Assembly: GCA_043825875.1 (NCBI GenBank)
Contig: JBDRRF010000031.1
Coordinates: 1 to 64,000, forward strand
From: Pseudomonadota bacterium
GTDB lineage: Bacteria > Desulfobacterota > Desulfobacteria > Desulfobacterales > RPRI01
Length of the DNA: 64,000 bases
Direction: 5' to 3'
Below the pieces are notes generated by a model. It was not told where the DNA came from, did not search any database, and worked only from the letters and a program-made list of their open reading frames with translations. The translations under genes were made by a program, and so were the position numbers. Shown here one piece after another: positions 1 through 8,760 of this stretch (positions within the stretch are counted from its first letter, which is position 1; each line of letters opens with the position of its first letter).

Positions 1-156
<156 letters not shown>

Positions 157-209
157 TCATGTTGTTAGGTTCGCAGTTGGTTATCCTGAATAGTTACAAT
201 AAAAATTGC

Positions 210-659
210 CTATGCCATTGGAACAATATCTTCCGCTTGTTCCTCTAACCATTCCTTTGTTTCATCCTCATCGCCTTTCATCAGCTCTTGAAGCTGTGCA
301 TCGGTATCGCCTGTTTTCTCTATCTCCACAAGCCAGCCTTCTCCATAAGGATCTTTCATTATCAACGCCGGATCTCCAGCGGATATTGAAGGATTTACGA
401 CAGTAACCGTACCTGAAACAGGGGCGATAATTTCTCTAACGGCTTTACTTGTCTCAACTGTTCCGATCGAATCGCCTTTATTTATTAAAGCTCCTGCATC
501 ACATGTCATTTTAATGGTTACCAGTTTCTTTGCCGATCTTACGATTATATCGCTTAAACCGACGCGTATCTTTCCAGCCTCTTCCTTTACCCAAAGCAAC
601 TCCGTAGAATATAAAACATCTTCCGGAAATACGAGTTCATAACCCCATAGGTTTTCCAT
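210..659 (-). CDS. GcvH-like lipoyl-carrier protein
   Basis: VETSKAVREIIAPVSG (lipoyl-lysine motif) and DPYGEGWL, typical of glycine cleavage H proteins; no gcvT/gcvP in the window. Confidence 0.85.
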   Translation of the reverse strand: MENLWGYELVFPEDVLYSTELLWVKEEAGKIRVGLSDIIVRSAKKLVTIKMTCDAGALINKGDSIGTVETSKAVREIIAPVSGTVTVVNPSISAGDPALIMKDPYGEGWLVEIEKTGDTDAQLQELMKGDEDETKEWLEEQAEDIVPMA

Positions 660-696
660 ATATCAATACCTCTTCATATATACTTTTCAAAAAAAC

Positions 697-927
697 TGAA
701 TATCGAACAAGGAATTTCGAATTGTGAAGTATTTGGCGGATTTTAAACAACCCCCTTTATCCCCCTTTTTTAAGGGGGAATTTTAACGTCTTACTTCATC
801 ATTTGGTGCTGGTTACGAACCTAAGATATTCCTCATTTAATAAGGTTAAACCAGCTCAAATATTCCCCCTTAGAAAAGGGGGCAAGGGGGTTGTTTACTT
901 ATATCTTATATCTTCCTTCGATATTCA
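697..927. repeat. Nested palindromic REP-like repeats
   Basis: Outer IR TGAATATCGAA (697-707) / TTCGATATTCA (917-927). Inner inverted pair of CCCCCTT..AAGGGGG hairpin units at 745-781 and 862-896. Confidence 0.7.
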
Positions 928-944
928 TTTGTTCAATTTAATTA

Positions 945-1616
945 CTACCTGTTCTTCAGCATGGGTACTTCACCTGCTTTTAACATCTTAACTTTTTTAA
1001 TGGCTTCAATAGCGCTGATCCCTGCAGCATCAGCTCCGTATTCTTCGGCCTGTTCATCCGTAAACGCCCAGCCTCCAACAATGTAAATCAAATTATCCCG
1101 CACACCTATATCAACAAGTGCTTTATTTACATTTCCGCAATAAGCTTTCACAGGAGACAGAATAGCTGAAGCGCCTACTACCGTTGCGTTATGTTTTTTT
1201 GCGGCTTCCGCAAAGTCCTTTCCAGATTTGTTCTCACCGATATCAACTACATTATATCCATTAGCGGTAAATACAGCTCCCACTATGCGCTTTCCGATAA
1301 AATGCACATCTCCTTCAACCGTTCCGATTACCATCGTTTCACCCATGGGCTTTCCGCCTGACTCAATAAGAGGACGCAGCTTGTCGGTAGCATCATTTAA
1401 CATGTCCCCTGCAATAATCAGATCGCTCATGAACCGCTTGCCTGTATCGAACCCCTCGCCGATAATGTTTAAACCTGGGTTCATACCTTCCATGATCATA
1501 TCAAGAGGGCCTACATCTATCTTAAGACCCTCATCAATCAACTCAAACAATAAGTCGTCATCAAGATCAATGACTGCTTCTTTCATCTTTTCCAATAGTT
1601 CTGCTTTATTTGACAT
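945..1616 (-). CDS. Corrinoid (cobalamin-binding) protein, MtaC/MttC family
   Basis: B12-binding cap domain plus GTVEGDVHFIGK (DxHxxG); start moved to MSNKAELL at 1616. Confidence 0.9.
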   Translation of the reverse strand: MSNKAELLEKMKEAVIDLDDDLLFELIDEGLKIDVGPLDMIMEGMNPGLNIIGEGFDTGKRFMSDLIIAGDMLNDATDKLRPLIESGGKPMGETMVIGTVEGDVHFIGKRIVGAVFTANGYNVVDIGENKSGKDFAEAAKKHNATVVGASAILSPVKAYCGNVNKALVDIGVRDNLIYIVGGWAFTDEQAEEYGADAAGISAIEAIKKVKMLKAGEVPMLKNR

Positions 1617-1644
1617 AGTACTCACCTTTCCTTTGTGATTATTC

Positions 1645-2880
1645 TTACATCTTGGCAAATTTCCTGGCTGCCGCTACACTGGCGTCCATATGTTCAGGGG
1701 TTGTATAATAATCAATAGCACCCAAACCTATCGTACATCTGTTGTTGGGTATTTTTTTAGCGGCATCACATCTTCCTTTTATCTCTTCTTCTATTTTGGA
1801 CATAGGTCCGCTAACAAGTAGTTTATCTGAAGGAGCATAGCATCCGTACATGTTATGTTCTTGTACAAAATCATTTACTATGTTGTATCTGTTAATATCT
1901 CCTGTACACATAATCCCATCAAAGCTGTCATCTCCCAAGGCACCAGCTTTAAGCAATTCATCCAGCCAATCGGTTGCTCCATCGAAAGCCCAGGCGTGTA
2001 CAATGGGCTTTTTTACCGCTGCTTTAACAGCCTTGCCGACCCTCGCATATTCTCCGGCTATCCACTCTACACCTTTAATGGGATACATCCCGACAAGAGA
2101 ACACATATAGCTGTAATCAACTTTTCCTAAATTACTTACTGCTATGCCAAGTTTTATCAGCCAGTCGGAGGCCCTATTTGATAGTTTCTTGCAAAATTCA
2201 GGATTCTTGCGAAGATGCTTTAAATATTGATTGTAACCTACCATATGCGAGCAGGCAAAACCGTCCGGACCTTCACAAAATGATCCTTCAATAGGAATTT
2301 TGTCGCTCAAACCATATTTATCAAATATTCTCCTTGATTCCTGGCAAAACCAGAGGTATTGGGCAAACATGCCGTGTTTTGTGGGATCGGGAGCCTCAAG
2401 CCCTTCTAGATCTTCAATAGTTTTTATAAGCGGATCTCCATCATGCACCGGATTGCCGTTTTCAATAAACATCGAATTCCAGCCAAATAAATTTTCGCCA
2501 TAAGAAATTGGTGCACAAAACATTGTGTCCAACTTATAGCGGGCTGTTGTTGCCAGATGAGATTTGACAAGCAATTTGGGATAAAAATAAGCATCGATGG
2601 CTTTAACGGCATCGGCAAACCCATCCAAGGTACGCAGGGCATAAGTTGGGAAAAAAAACGGCTCTACAAGCAGACGGTCTCTTTCCTTGCCTTCCATAGT
2701 AGCCTTAAAACGTTGCATCGGAGTCATTTCTTCTTCTTTGATATTTTTATGAATCTTCTCGCAGTAACGTTCTATCTCTCTTTCCTCTTCAGGTCCCCAA
2801 CTTAAACTGGCATTCAGTTCATCAAGCGATTTTCCGTAATAGGGCCCTGCACCTTTCATTTCTCCTAATTTGATAGTCAT
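1645..2880 (-). CDS. Uroporphyrinogen-decarboxylase-family methyltransferase (MtaA/CmuA-like)
   Basis: MTPMQRF start motif, IKTIEDLEGL..PDP..G, EGP, LRKNPE, YTTPEHMDASVAAAR C-terminus; adjacent corrinoid protein. Confidence 0.8.
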   Translation of the reverse strand: MTIKLGEMKGAGPYYGKSLDELNASLSWGPEEEREIERYCEKIHKNIKEEEMTPMQRFKATMEGKERDRLLVEPFFFPTYALRTLDGFADAVKAIDAYFYPKLLVKSHLATTARYKLDTMFCAPISYGENLFGWNSMFIENGNPVHDGDPLIKTIEDLEGLEAPDPTKHGMFAQYLWFCQESRRIFDKYGLSDKIPIEGSFCEGPDGFACSHMVGYNQYLKHLRKNPEFCKKLSNRASDWLIKLGIAVSNLGKVDYSYMCSLVGMYPIKGVEWIAGEYARVGKAVKAAVKKPIVHAWAFDGATDWLDELLKAGALGDDSFDGIMCTGDINRYNIVNDFVQEHNMYGCYAPSDKLLVSGPMSKIEEEIKGRCDAAKKIPNNRCTIGLGAIDYYTTPEHMDASVAAARKFAKM

Positions 2881-2925
2881 GTTCTTTTGTCTCCTTATTT
2901 ATAATTAATTATTTTCATCACTAAA

Positions 2926-4527
2926 TCATGCTAAGTATTTTCTCACTCTCTTAGACGCAAGCTTGCCCGGAATCCCGGAAACACCTCCTCCGGGATGTGA
3001 ACCGGCAGCTCCTAAAAAAAGACCTTTTATGGGAGTTTCATATCCGCCCAGACCCCAGGCCGGACGCAATGGACCGGAGCGAAGAAGGGCAAAATCCACA
3101 TGGGTAACACATCCGTTAAATGCCCCGGTGCGTGCACCCAAATCTACAGGAGTTTCAACCCATCTTCCGATTTCAAGCGAATCCAGATTGTCAAAATACC
3201 GGCTTGCCCTAGATATTATGGTTTGCTCAGCCTTTTCGCGTAAAGCCTGCCAACCTTCTTTCGGATGAGCCGGAACCGCGGGTGGGTAAAGATATAAAAC
3301 GTCCTGACCCTCTGGTGCCTGTGAAGGATCACAGGCTGTGGGAATCGCCGCCCAAAAGTAAAGGTCGGGGGCCAATTCCCCTCGAATGGAGCTTGTAAAA
3401 GACGATCGTATATCATCTGCCGTACCGATAATTAATGCCGATTTTCTAAGATCAACATGATCTTTTCGCAGTTTTTGATGTTTTGACATTTCGACCTTAC
3501 CTTTGAGAGCAAGGTCAACCTTCATTGGTGCCGCACCACGGGCATTTGCGGGAATATGTTCTACGCGTGCTTTTATTCGTCTGTCTAAAGCATCATCAGG
3601 TAATAGACGGCACAATGCTGTTCGGGGATCACAGGCTGCCAGTACACAATCAGCTCTTATGACACTTCCGTCGGCAAGGCGAACTCCTTCTGCCCGTCCT
3701 TTTTCAACAAGAATTTCTTCTACAGATACTCCGGTCAGAGCAGTTCCACCATACTTGTATAAACATCTTTTGAGAGAGTCAGATAATGACTGCATACCTC
3801 CAACCGGGCGACCTACACCTACCTTGTGTAAAAGAGCGACAATAATATTGCCAAGACCGCTACCGTCAGCATCTATCGGGCCTGCACCTCCGGCAATCCC
3901 CAAAAGAGCTGCAATAACAAAAGGATGATCGAAATATTCGGCAAGAGCCTGATCAGCCGAACCAAGAGCAAGAGCTCCCAATTTGCCAAGCTGGCGACGA
4001 TTTGTTATTGATGAACGAACCGTGCTGAAAATTGCTTTCAATGAAGGCCTGCGTGAATCTGTGCACATCATGGGAAGAGCTACATCAAGCAATGCCTCAA
4101 GTATATTTGCAAATTCAAGAAATGCTTTTGCATCTGCCGGAGAATATCTTTTGATTTCATCCGCCGTTTTTGCAGGATCTCGCCAAAAAGCTATAGACTC
4201 TCCGTCCGGAGCAAGATATGCATATGATGGGTCATGATCTATTGAACTAAAGCCGTGATTTTTTAAATCCAGATCTTCTATTATACCTGATGTACGTATA
4301 AATATAGTATCCACAGCACATGGATGGATAATATATTCAGGTGCTGACTTGATAAACGGACCGGATGAGGTCATCCCACCAACATTTTTTTGAGCCTCAA
4401 CAACTACTACCTTGTATCCGGCTTTCGCAAGATAGCATGATGCCACAAGGCCGTTATGACCGGCACCTATAATCACAACATTTGCTTGCATTTCACTTTT
4501 TGTTAAAGATTGCATAGGCATATTCAT
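2926..4527 (-). CDS. Phytoene-dehydrogenase-like FAD-dependent oxidoreductase
   Basis: VIIGAGHNGLV..YLA, PVGGMQSL, TPIKGLFLGAAGSHPGGGVSGIPG; RBS GAGGA before ATG 4527. Confidence 0.85.
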   Translation of the reverse strand: MNMPMQSLTKSEMQANVVIIGAGHNGLVASCYLAKAGYKVVVVEAQKNVGGMTSSGPFIKSAPEYIIHPCAVDTIFIRTSGIIEDLDLKNHGFSSIDHDPSYAYLAPDGESIAFWRDPAKTADEIKRYSPADAKAFLEFANILEALLDVALPMMCTDSRRPSLKAIFSTVRSSITNRRQLGKLGALALGSADQALAEYFDHPFVIAALLGIAGGAGPIDADGSGLGNIIVALLHKVGVGRPVGGMQSLSDSLKRCLYKYGGTALTGVSVEEILVEKGRAEGVRLADGSVIRADCVLAACDPRTALCRLLPDDALDRRIKARVEHIPANARGAAPMKVDLALKGKVEMSKHQKLRKDHVDLRKSALIIGTADDIRSSFTSSIRGELAPDLYFWAAIPTACDPSQAPEGQDVLYLYPPAVPAHPKEGWQALREKAEQTIISRASRYFDNLDSLEIGRWVETPVDLGARTGAFNGCVTHVDFALLRSGPLRPAWGLGGYETPIKGLFLGAAGSHPGGGVSGIPGKLASKRVRKYLA

Positions 4528-4605
4528 GGCTGATTTCCTCATCGGGTACATTTATATTAAATATATGAACTCTTAAAACTTGCCGGAATCTGGCCTGGAA
4601 ATAAC

Positions 4606-4815
4606 TTATAATTTGCTCAGATCATCAATTATTGCCTGATATGTCTCAGCACTTATACCGGCTTGAGGCAAACTTGCTATCAGTTCCAATGACATGGAAT
4701 ATCCCATTTTAAGCATTGGACTGTCCGAGCATCCCGGAATATGTTTCTCCATTACTGCTTTACTTTCATCGTTTTCCATTACTTCCTTCAATGTTGATTC
4801 TCCTGAAAACCCCAT
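4606..4815 (-). CDS. Small hypothetical protein (69 aa)
   Basis: Strong RBS GGAGG, co-oriented inside the operon. Confidence 0.65.
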   Translation of the reverse strand: MGFSGESTLKEVMENDESKAVMEKHIPGCSDSPMLKMGYSMSLELIASLPQAGISAETYQAIIDDLSKL

Positions 4816-4829
4816 GTTAACCCTCCTTG

Positions 4830-5066
4830 TTATTTCTTTTTTTTAAGACTCCTGCTTAGCTTAAAGCCTTTCCAAAGCATGACGGGCATGTACTTTACTA
4901 TATCCCAGGTGAGCAGATCGAATACGCTCCACAACTCCTCGGGTTTCACAAAGGCCGTCATTGGCATGCCACCCATCGCCATACCCCTTACAACAAGTCG
5001 CTCATCCTGACGCTTCATTGTTTTTACCTGCATTATTGTTCCGCCGTTTCCATCTACCAGCTTCAT
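4830..5066 (-). CDS. Small hypothetical protein (78 aa)
   Basis: Start reassigned to MKLVDGNG at 5066 (GAAGGG upstream), removing the overlap with the upstream gene. Confidence 0.6.
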   Translation of the reverse strand: MKLVDGNGGTIMQVKTMKRQDERLVVRGMAMGGMPMTAFVKPEELWSVFDLLTWDIVKYMPVMLWKGFKLSRSLKKKK

Positions 5067-5098
5067 AATTGCTTTCCCTTCCGATATTATTTTTATAC

Positions 5099-6709
5099 TT
5101 ACTTTTGTGATACAGCATGTTCGATGGCAGTATAACCGGAAGTAGTCGACATACTGCAACCACCGAGAAGACCAAAGCCCATCGGCATTCTACTTTGTCC
5201 TATACTTCCACCGGCAGTGAAAAATGCGGCGTATAACCCTGGAATAGGCTTCGTATCCATATCCAATACTTGCATGTGCTGATTAGTCCTTAGACCGGTT
5301 CCGACCGGCCCCATGCTGCCGCCGGCTTTAAGCCCATAGAAAGGAGCGTGCTTTATCGGTATCAGGAACCGGGGAGGTGTATCAAATTCCGGATCTTCAC
5401 CTGCATCACAATAACTATTCCATTTGTCTATGGCTGCCTTGAACAAAACCTTATCTAAGCCCAATTTATCAGCTAGCTCTTCCAATGTATTAGCAACTCT
5501 TATTGCTCCCAAGTCGATTGATTCTTTTACCGCTAATCGCCAGTCTTTAGGGGCATTCATCTCATTTCTGGTAATTATTTCGTTTGCCGGCACATCCTGT
5601 GTGAGAGGGCGTTTACAAGACAACCCTAATGGGACATCGTCCTGAATCTTCCAGATATTGTCTTCGTACTTGTTATCAAAAATTACATAGGCTCTTCCCC
5701 CGGGTTGTGACGCCATCGCAGGCGGTCTTAACATGTATTGGCCTAAGTTGTTGTCCATCATCATAAATCTTTCGCACGCTTTGTTTAAGTGCAGCCAAGG
5801 CGCTCTGGACAACTGGACATCTCCGGAGTATAAAAATCTAAACCATGGGCCGCCTTTTTCCATGAGGTCTATTCCCCCCTCAAAGCAGGTGCACGAGTCA
5901 AATCCTGCCACATCGGCTCCTGCTCCAAGCCCCATCCTGAAACATTCGCCGGTATTGCACGGCAAAGACATTGATACACTACCTACGCCTTTATAAACTG
6001 AGGGAGCGTATTGCTTAAGAAGGCTTCGATTGTGCTGCATGCCGCCGGCCGCCATAAGTACGGCTTTATTTGCTTTTACGAAAATGGTGTTTCCTTCCGA
6101 ATCTGTGGCTTTTAATCCAACAATTCTGCCATTATCTTTCACCAATGTGTCAACTTGAGTATTAATTTGAAACTTGACCCCCTTGTCCTTGCACTTTTCA
6201 ACAAGAAAGTTAGTAAGGTCCGTTATAGCGATATAACATAATTTCTCGTGGCCACCTTTGGAGGTGACTGCGGGATATCCTGCTCTTTCATTCTCCCATT
6301 CAAAACCCTGATCTTCTATCCAATCAACGACTTCACCACTTTTTTGTATCATATTGCGAAACAAGTGGATGTTGCCTGTGTAACCTGTTTCAAACAGGCT
6401 GCCCATGGCAATTTCATTTACATCCCATTCTATTCCTTCTTTTTTCTGTATTCTGCTGTTGTAAGCGTAAAAGGCACCGGCGTATTGTGTTGTCCCTCCG
6501 GTAAATTTCAATTTCTCCAAAAGAATCACGGAGCATCCTTCCGTAGCAGCTTTCAGTGCGCCGGCAAGGCCTCCTCCTCCTGATCCGACCACTACTATAT
6601 CGGCCTCATGATCCCATTTTTCCGGTGGGTCCACCGGCAGGATCGGCTCCGCATCTTCCGGTTTTTCGAGTGGTTTTTCTCCTACTCTCCAATCATAATC
6701 TTTGTTCAT
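5099..6709 (-). CDS. FAD-binding oxidoreductase, fumarate reductase/flavocytochrome c/3-ketosteroid dehydrogenase superfamily
   Basis: DIVVVGSGGGGL, LEK..GGTT, KAVLMAAGG, GLRTN..MQVLD...PIPGLYAA. Confidence 0.85.
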   Translation of the reverse strand: MNKDYDWRVGEKPLEKPEDAEPILPVDPPEKWDHEADIVVVGSGGGGLAGALKAATEGCSVILLEKLKFTGGTTQYAGAFYAYNSRIQKKEGIEWDVNEIAMGSLFETGYTGNIHLFRNMIQKSGEVVDWIEDQGFEWENERAGYPAVTSKGGHEKLCYIAITDLTNFLVEKCKDKGVKFQINTQVDTLVKDNGRIVGLKATDSEGNTIFVKANKAVLMAAGGMQHNRSLLKQYAPSVYKGVGSVSMSLPCNTGECFRMGLGAGADVAGFDSCTCFEGGIDLMEKGGPWFRFLYSGDVQLSRAPWLHLNKACERFMMMDNNLGQYMLRPPAMASQPGGRAYVIFDNKYEDNIWKIQDDVPLGLSCKRPLTQDVPANEIITRNEMNAPKDWRLAVKESIDLGAIRVANTLEELADKLGLDKVLFKAAIDKWNSYCDAGEDPEFDTPPRFLIPIKHAPFYGLKAGGSMGPVGTGLRTNQHMQVLDMDTKPIPGLYAAFFTAGGSIGQSRMPMGFGLLGGCSMSTTSGYTAIEHAVSQK

Positions 6710-6786
6710 TTTTGCCTCCTTTATTTTGAATTTATAATTTATTTGTATCCATATTCATTTTGAATCTGAGCAGTTATAAGTATCAT

Positions 6787-6805
6787 TGCTTAAATCGTGC
6801 CAAAA
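6787..6805 (-). promoter_or_regulatory. sigma54 (-24/-12) promoter for the 6709->1 operon
   Basis: Minus strand TTTTGGCACGATTTAAGCA with correct GG-N10-GC spacing; divergent from a sigma54 activator. Confidence 0.85.
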
Positions 6806-6953
6806 TATTATTACTTATATATTCAATATATTATGCACATTAACATTTAGCAGCTATCTAAATTAAATAAATATAGTTATAATAAACGTAAAAAGTGTGT
6901 TATATGACTAGTGATAATTTTTTCAGAACTTAATATTAAGCCGGGAGTATTTT

Positions 6954-8612
6954 ATGGACATTGACGCAAACGAATTTTTCCGTCAGGCTACAATGAGGAT
7001 TTGCGGAAGCCTGGATATCGAAACCGCCATGTGGAAGGCTCTGGAATATTTAGAACAATTTATACCATTAACCGGAATGAATCTTGTGCTCGGTGAGCCG
7101 GGTATGCCTGCCATAGAAACACTGGCTCAGGTCAGCCGCCATAAGATAGAAAAGATGAAGCGGATCATACCATTGACCCCGGAAATTGGCGCAGAGGTTG
7201 AAAAACACTGGTCAAGTCTTCAGGATGTTTTAATCATAAACCGGCCCGAGATGTTTCCGACCACTCTTAACGTAGTAACAAAACTGATCAATAGACCTGA
7301 TATGGCTACCATGACTCTTCCGCTTAAAATACAGGACAAAAGATTATTTGCTCTCGTAACTTATTTAATCGGATTAGATCAATACGAAAACAAACATGCC
7401 CGACTGCTTTCGATGTTGCATGACCCTTTTGCTCTTGCTATGTCAAATGCTCTTCGTCATCAGGAGCTTTTAAAGTTAAAAGAAATGCTTGCTGATGATA
7501 ACCGTTATCTTTATCAGGAGATGCGTCGTATTTCGGGCGATGAGATAATTGGTAAAAACGCGGGCCTGAAACAGGTTTTCGATACGGTCGAACAAGTTGC
7601 TCCCGTGAATATTCCTGTGCTTCTTCTTGGTGAAACAGGAGTTGGAAAAGAAGTAATCGCAAATGCGATTCATTATTCTTCTCCCAGAAAAAACCAGCCT
7701 TTTATTAAGGTTAATTGTGGCGCCATTCCGGAAACACTGATTGACTCCGAGCTTTTCGGCCATGAAAAAGGCGCTTTTACCGGTGCGTTAGCCCAAAAAC
7801 GCGGCAGGTTTGAGCGGGCTGACAAAGGAACTATACTTTTAGATGAAATAGGTGAACTGCCACTTGAAGCACAGGTAAGACTTTTACGTGTATTGCAGGA
7901 TAAACAGATAGAACGTGTTGGAGGTACCACGCCAATACCAATAAATGTCAGAATTATTGCCGCCACAAACAGAGATCTTAAAAATATGGTTATTTCAAAG
8001 CTGTTCAGGGAAGATCTCTGGTTCAGGCTAAACGTTTACCCCATCAAGATCCCGCCATTGAGGGAAAGGGTAAAGGATATTCCGGATCTTATTTATTATT
8101 TTATTAACAGAAAATCTGTTGAACGAAATCTGTCTCATCCTCCGACAATTGATCCGGCAGTTATTGAACAACTAAAAGCTTATAGCTGGCCCGGCAATGT
8201 ACGTGAACTTGAAAACTATGTGGAACGAATATTAATCCAACATCAGGGGCAAAATATTTCGGGTCCAATGATTTTTGAAGATGCTTTATCCCAGCAATTT
8301 GAATCTGAACCACCCAAAACTAAAACACAGGAGCACACAACTTCGGCAATAAATGATGTTTCTTTGCATATTAAAGAGATAATGAAAATTGTTTTCCCGC
8401 AGTCCGATATTAACAAATTGATTTCACGGGATGTCAATACAGACAATCAAGTACCGATGGGAATTGAGAAGCTGATATCCTGGCATATTCAAAACGTATT
8501 AAAAAAGACCGGGGGCAAAATTAACGGCAGCGGAGGAGCAGCAGAACTTCTCGAAGTAAACCCCAGCACGCTTAGAAGTAAAATGAGAAAGATTGGTTTG
8601 TTACACAAATAG
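6954..8612 (+). CDS. sigma54-dependent transcriptional activator (GAF-like + AAA+ + Fis-type HTH)
   Basis: GETGVGKE, ESELFG-like DSELFGHEKGAFTGA, LLDEIGE, WPGNVRELEN, GAAELLEVNPSTLRSKM. Confidence 0.95.
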   Translation: MDIDANEFFRQATMRICGSLDIETAMWKALEYLEQFIPLTGMNLVLGEPGMPAIETLAQVSRHKIEKMKRIIPLTPEIGAEVEKHWSSLQDVLIINRPEMFPTTLNVVTKLINRPDMATMTLPLKIQDKRLFALVTYLIGLDQYENKHARLLSMLHDPFALAMSNALRHQELLKLKEMLADDNRYLYQEMRRISGDEIIGKNAGLKQVFDTVEQVAPVNIPVLLLGETGVGKEVIANAIHYSSPRKNQPFIKVNCGAIPETLIDSELFGHEKGAFTGALAQKRGRFERADKGTILLDEIGELPLEAQVRLLRVLQDKQIERVGGTTPIPINVRIIAATNRDLKNMVISKLFREDLWFRLNVYPIKIPPLRERVKDIPDLIYYFINRKSVERNLSHPPTIDPAVIEQLKAYSWPGNVRELENYVERILIQHQGQNISGPMIFEDALSQQFESEPPKTKTQEHTTSAINDVSLHIKEIMKIVFPQSDINKLISRDVNTDNQVPMGIEKLISWHIQNVLKKTGGKINGSGGAAELLEVNPSTLRSKMRKIGLLHK

Positions 8613-8621
8613 AATAATACT

Positions 8622-8759
8622 ACTTAGGTTCATGGGCTCATGGGTTTCAGGTTCAGGGTTCAAGGTTCACAGTTTGTTGCCTTGAGCCTTCATACCTCAT
8701 AATCGTAAACCGTAAACCGTGATCCTTGAACCCTGAACCCTAAAACTGCAAACCTAAGT
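8622..8759. repeat. Inverted arrays of heptamer repeats between convergent genes
   Basis: (A/G)GGTTCA tandem units on the left and (C/G)TGAACC/GTAAACC units on the right, bracketed by ACTTAGGTT/AACCTAAGT. Confidence 0.7.
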
Positions 8760-8760
8760 G

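Noticed and set aside
1228..4237. Plus-strand ORFs antisense to the operon genes (and similar antisense ORFs elsewhere)
   Set aside because: Shadow frames of well-supported genes with no recognisable motifs
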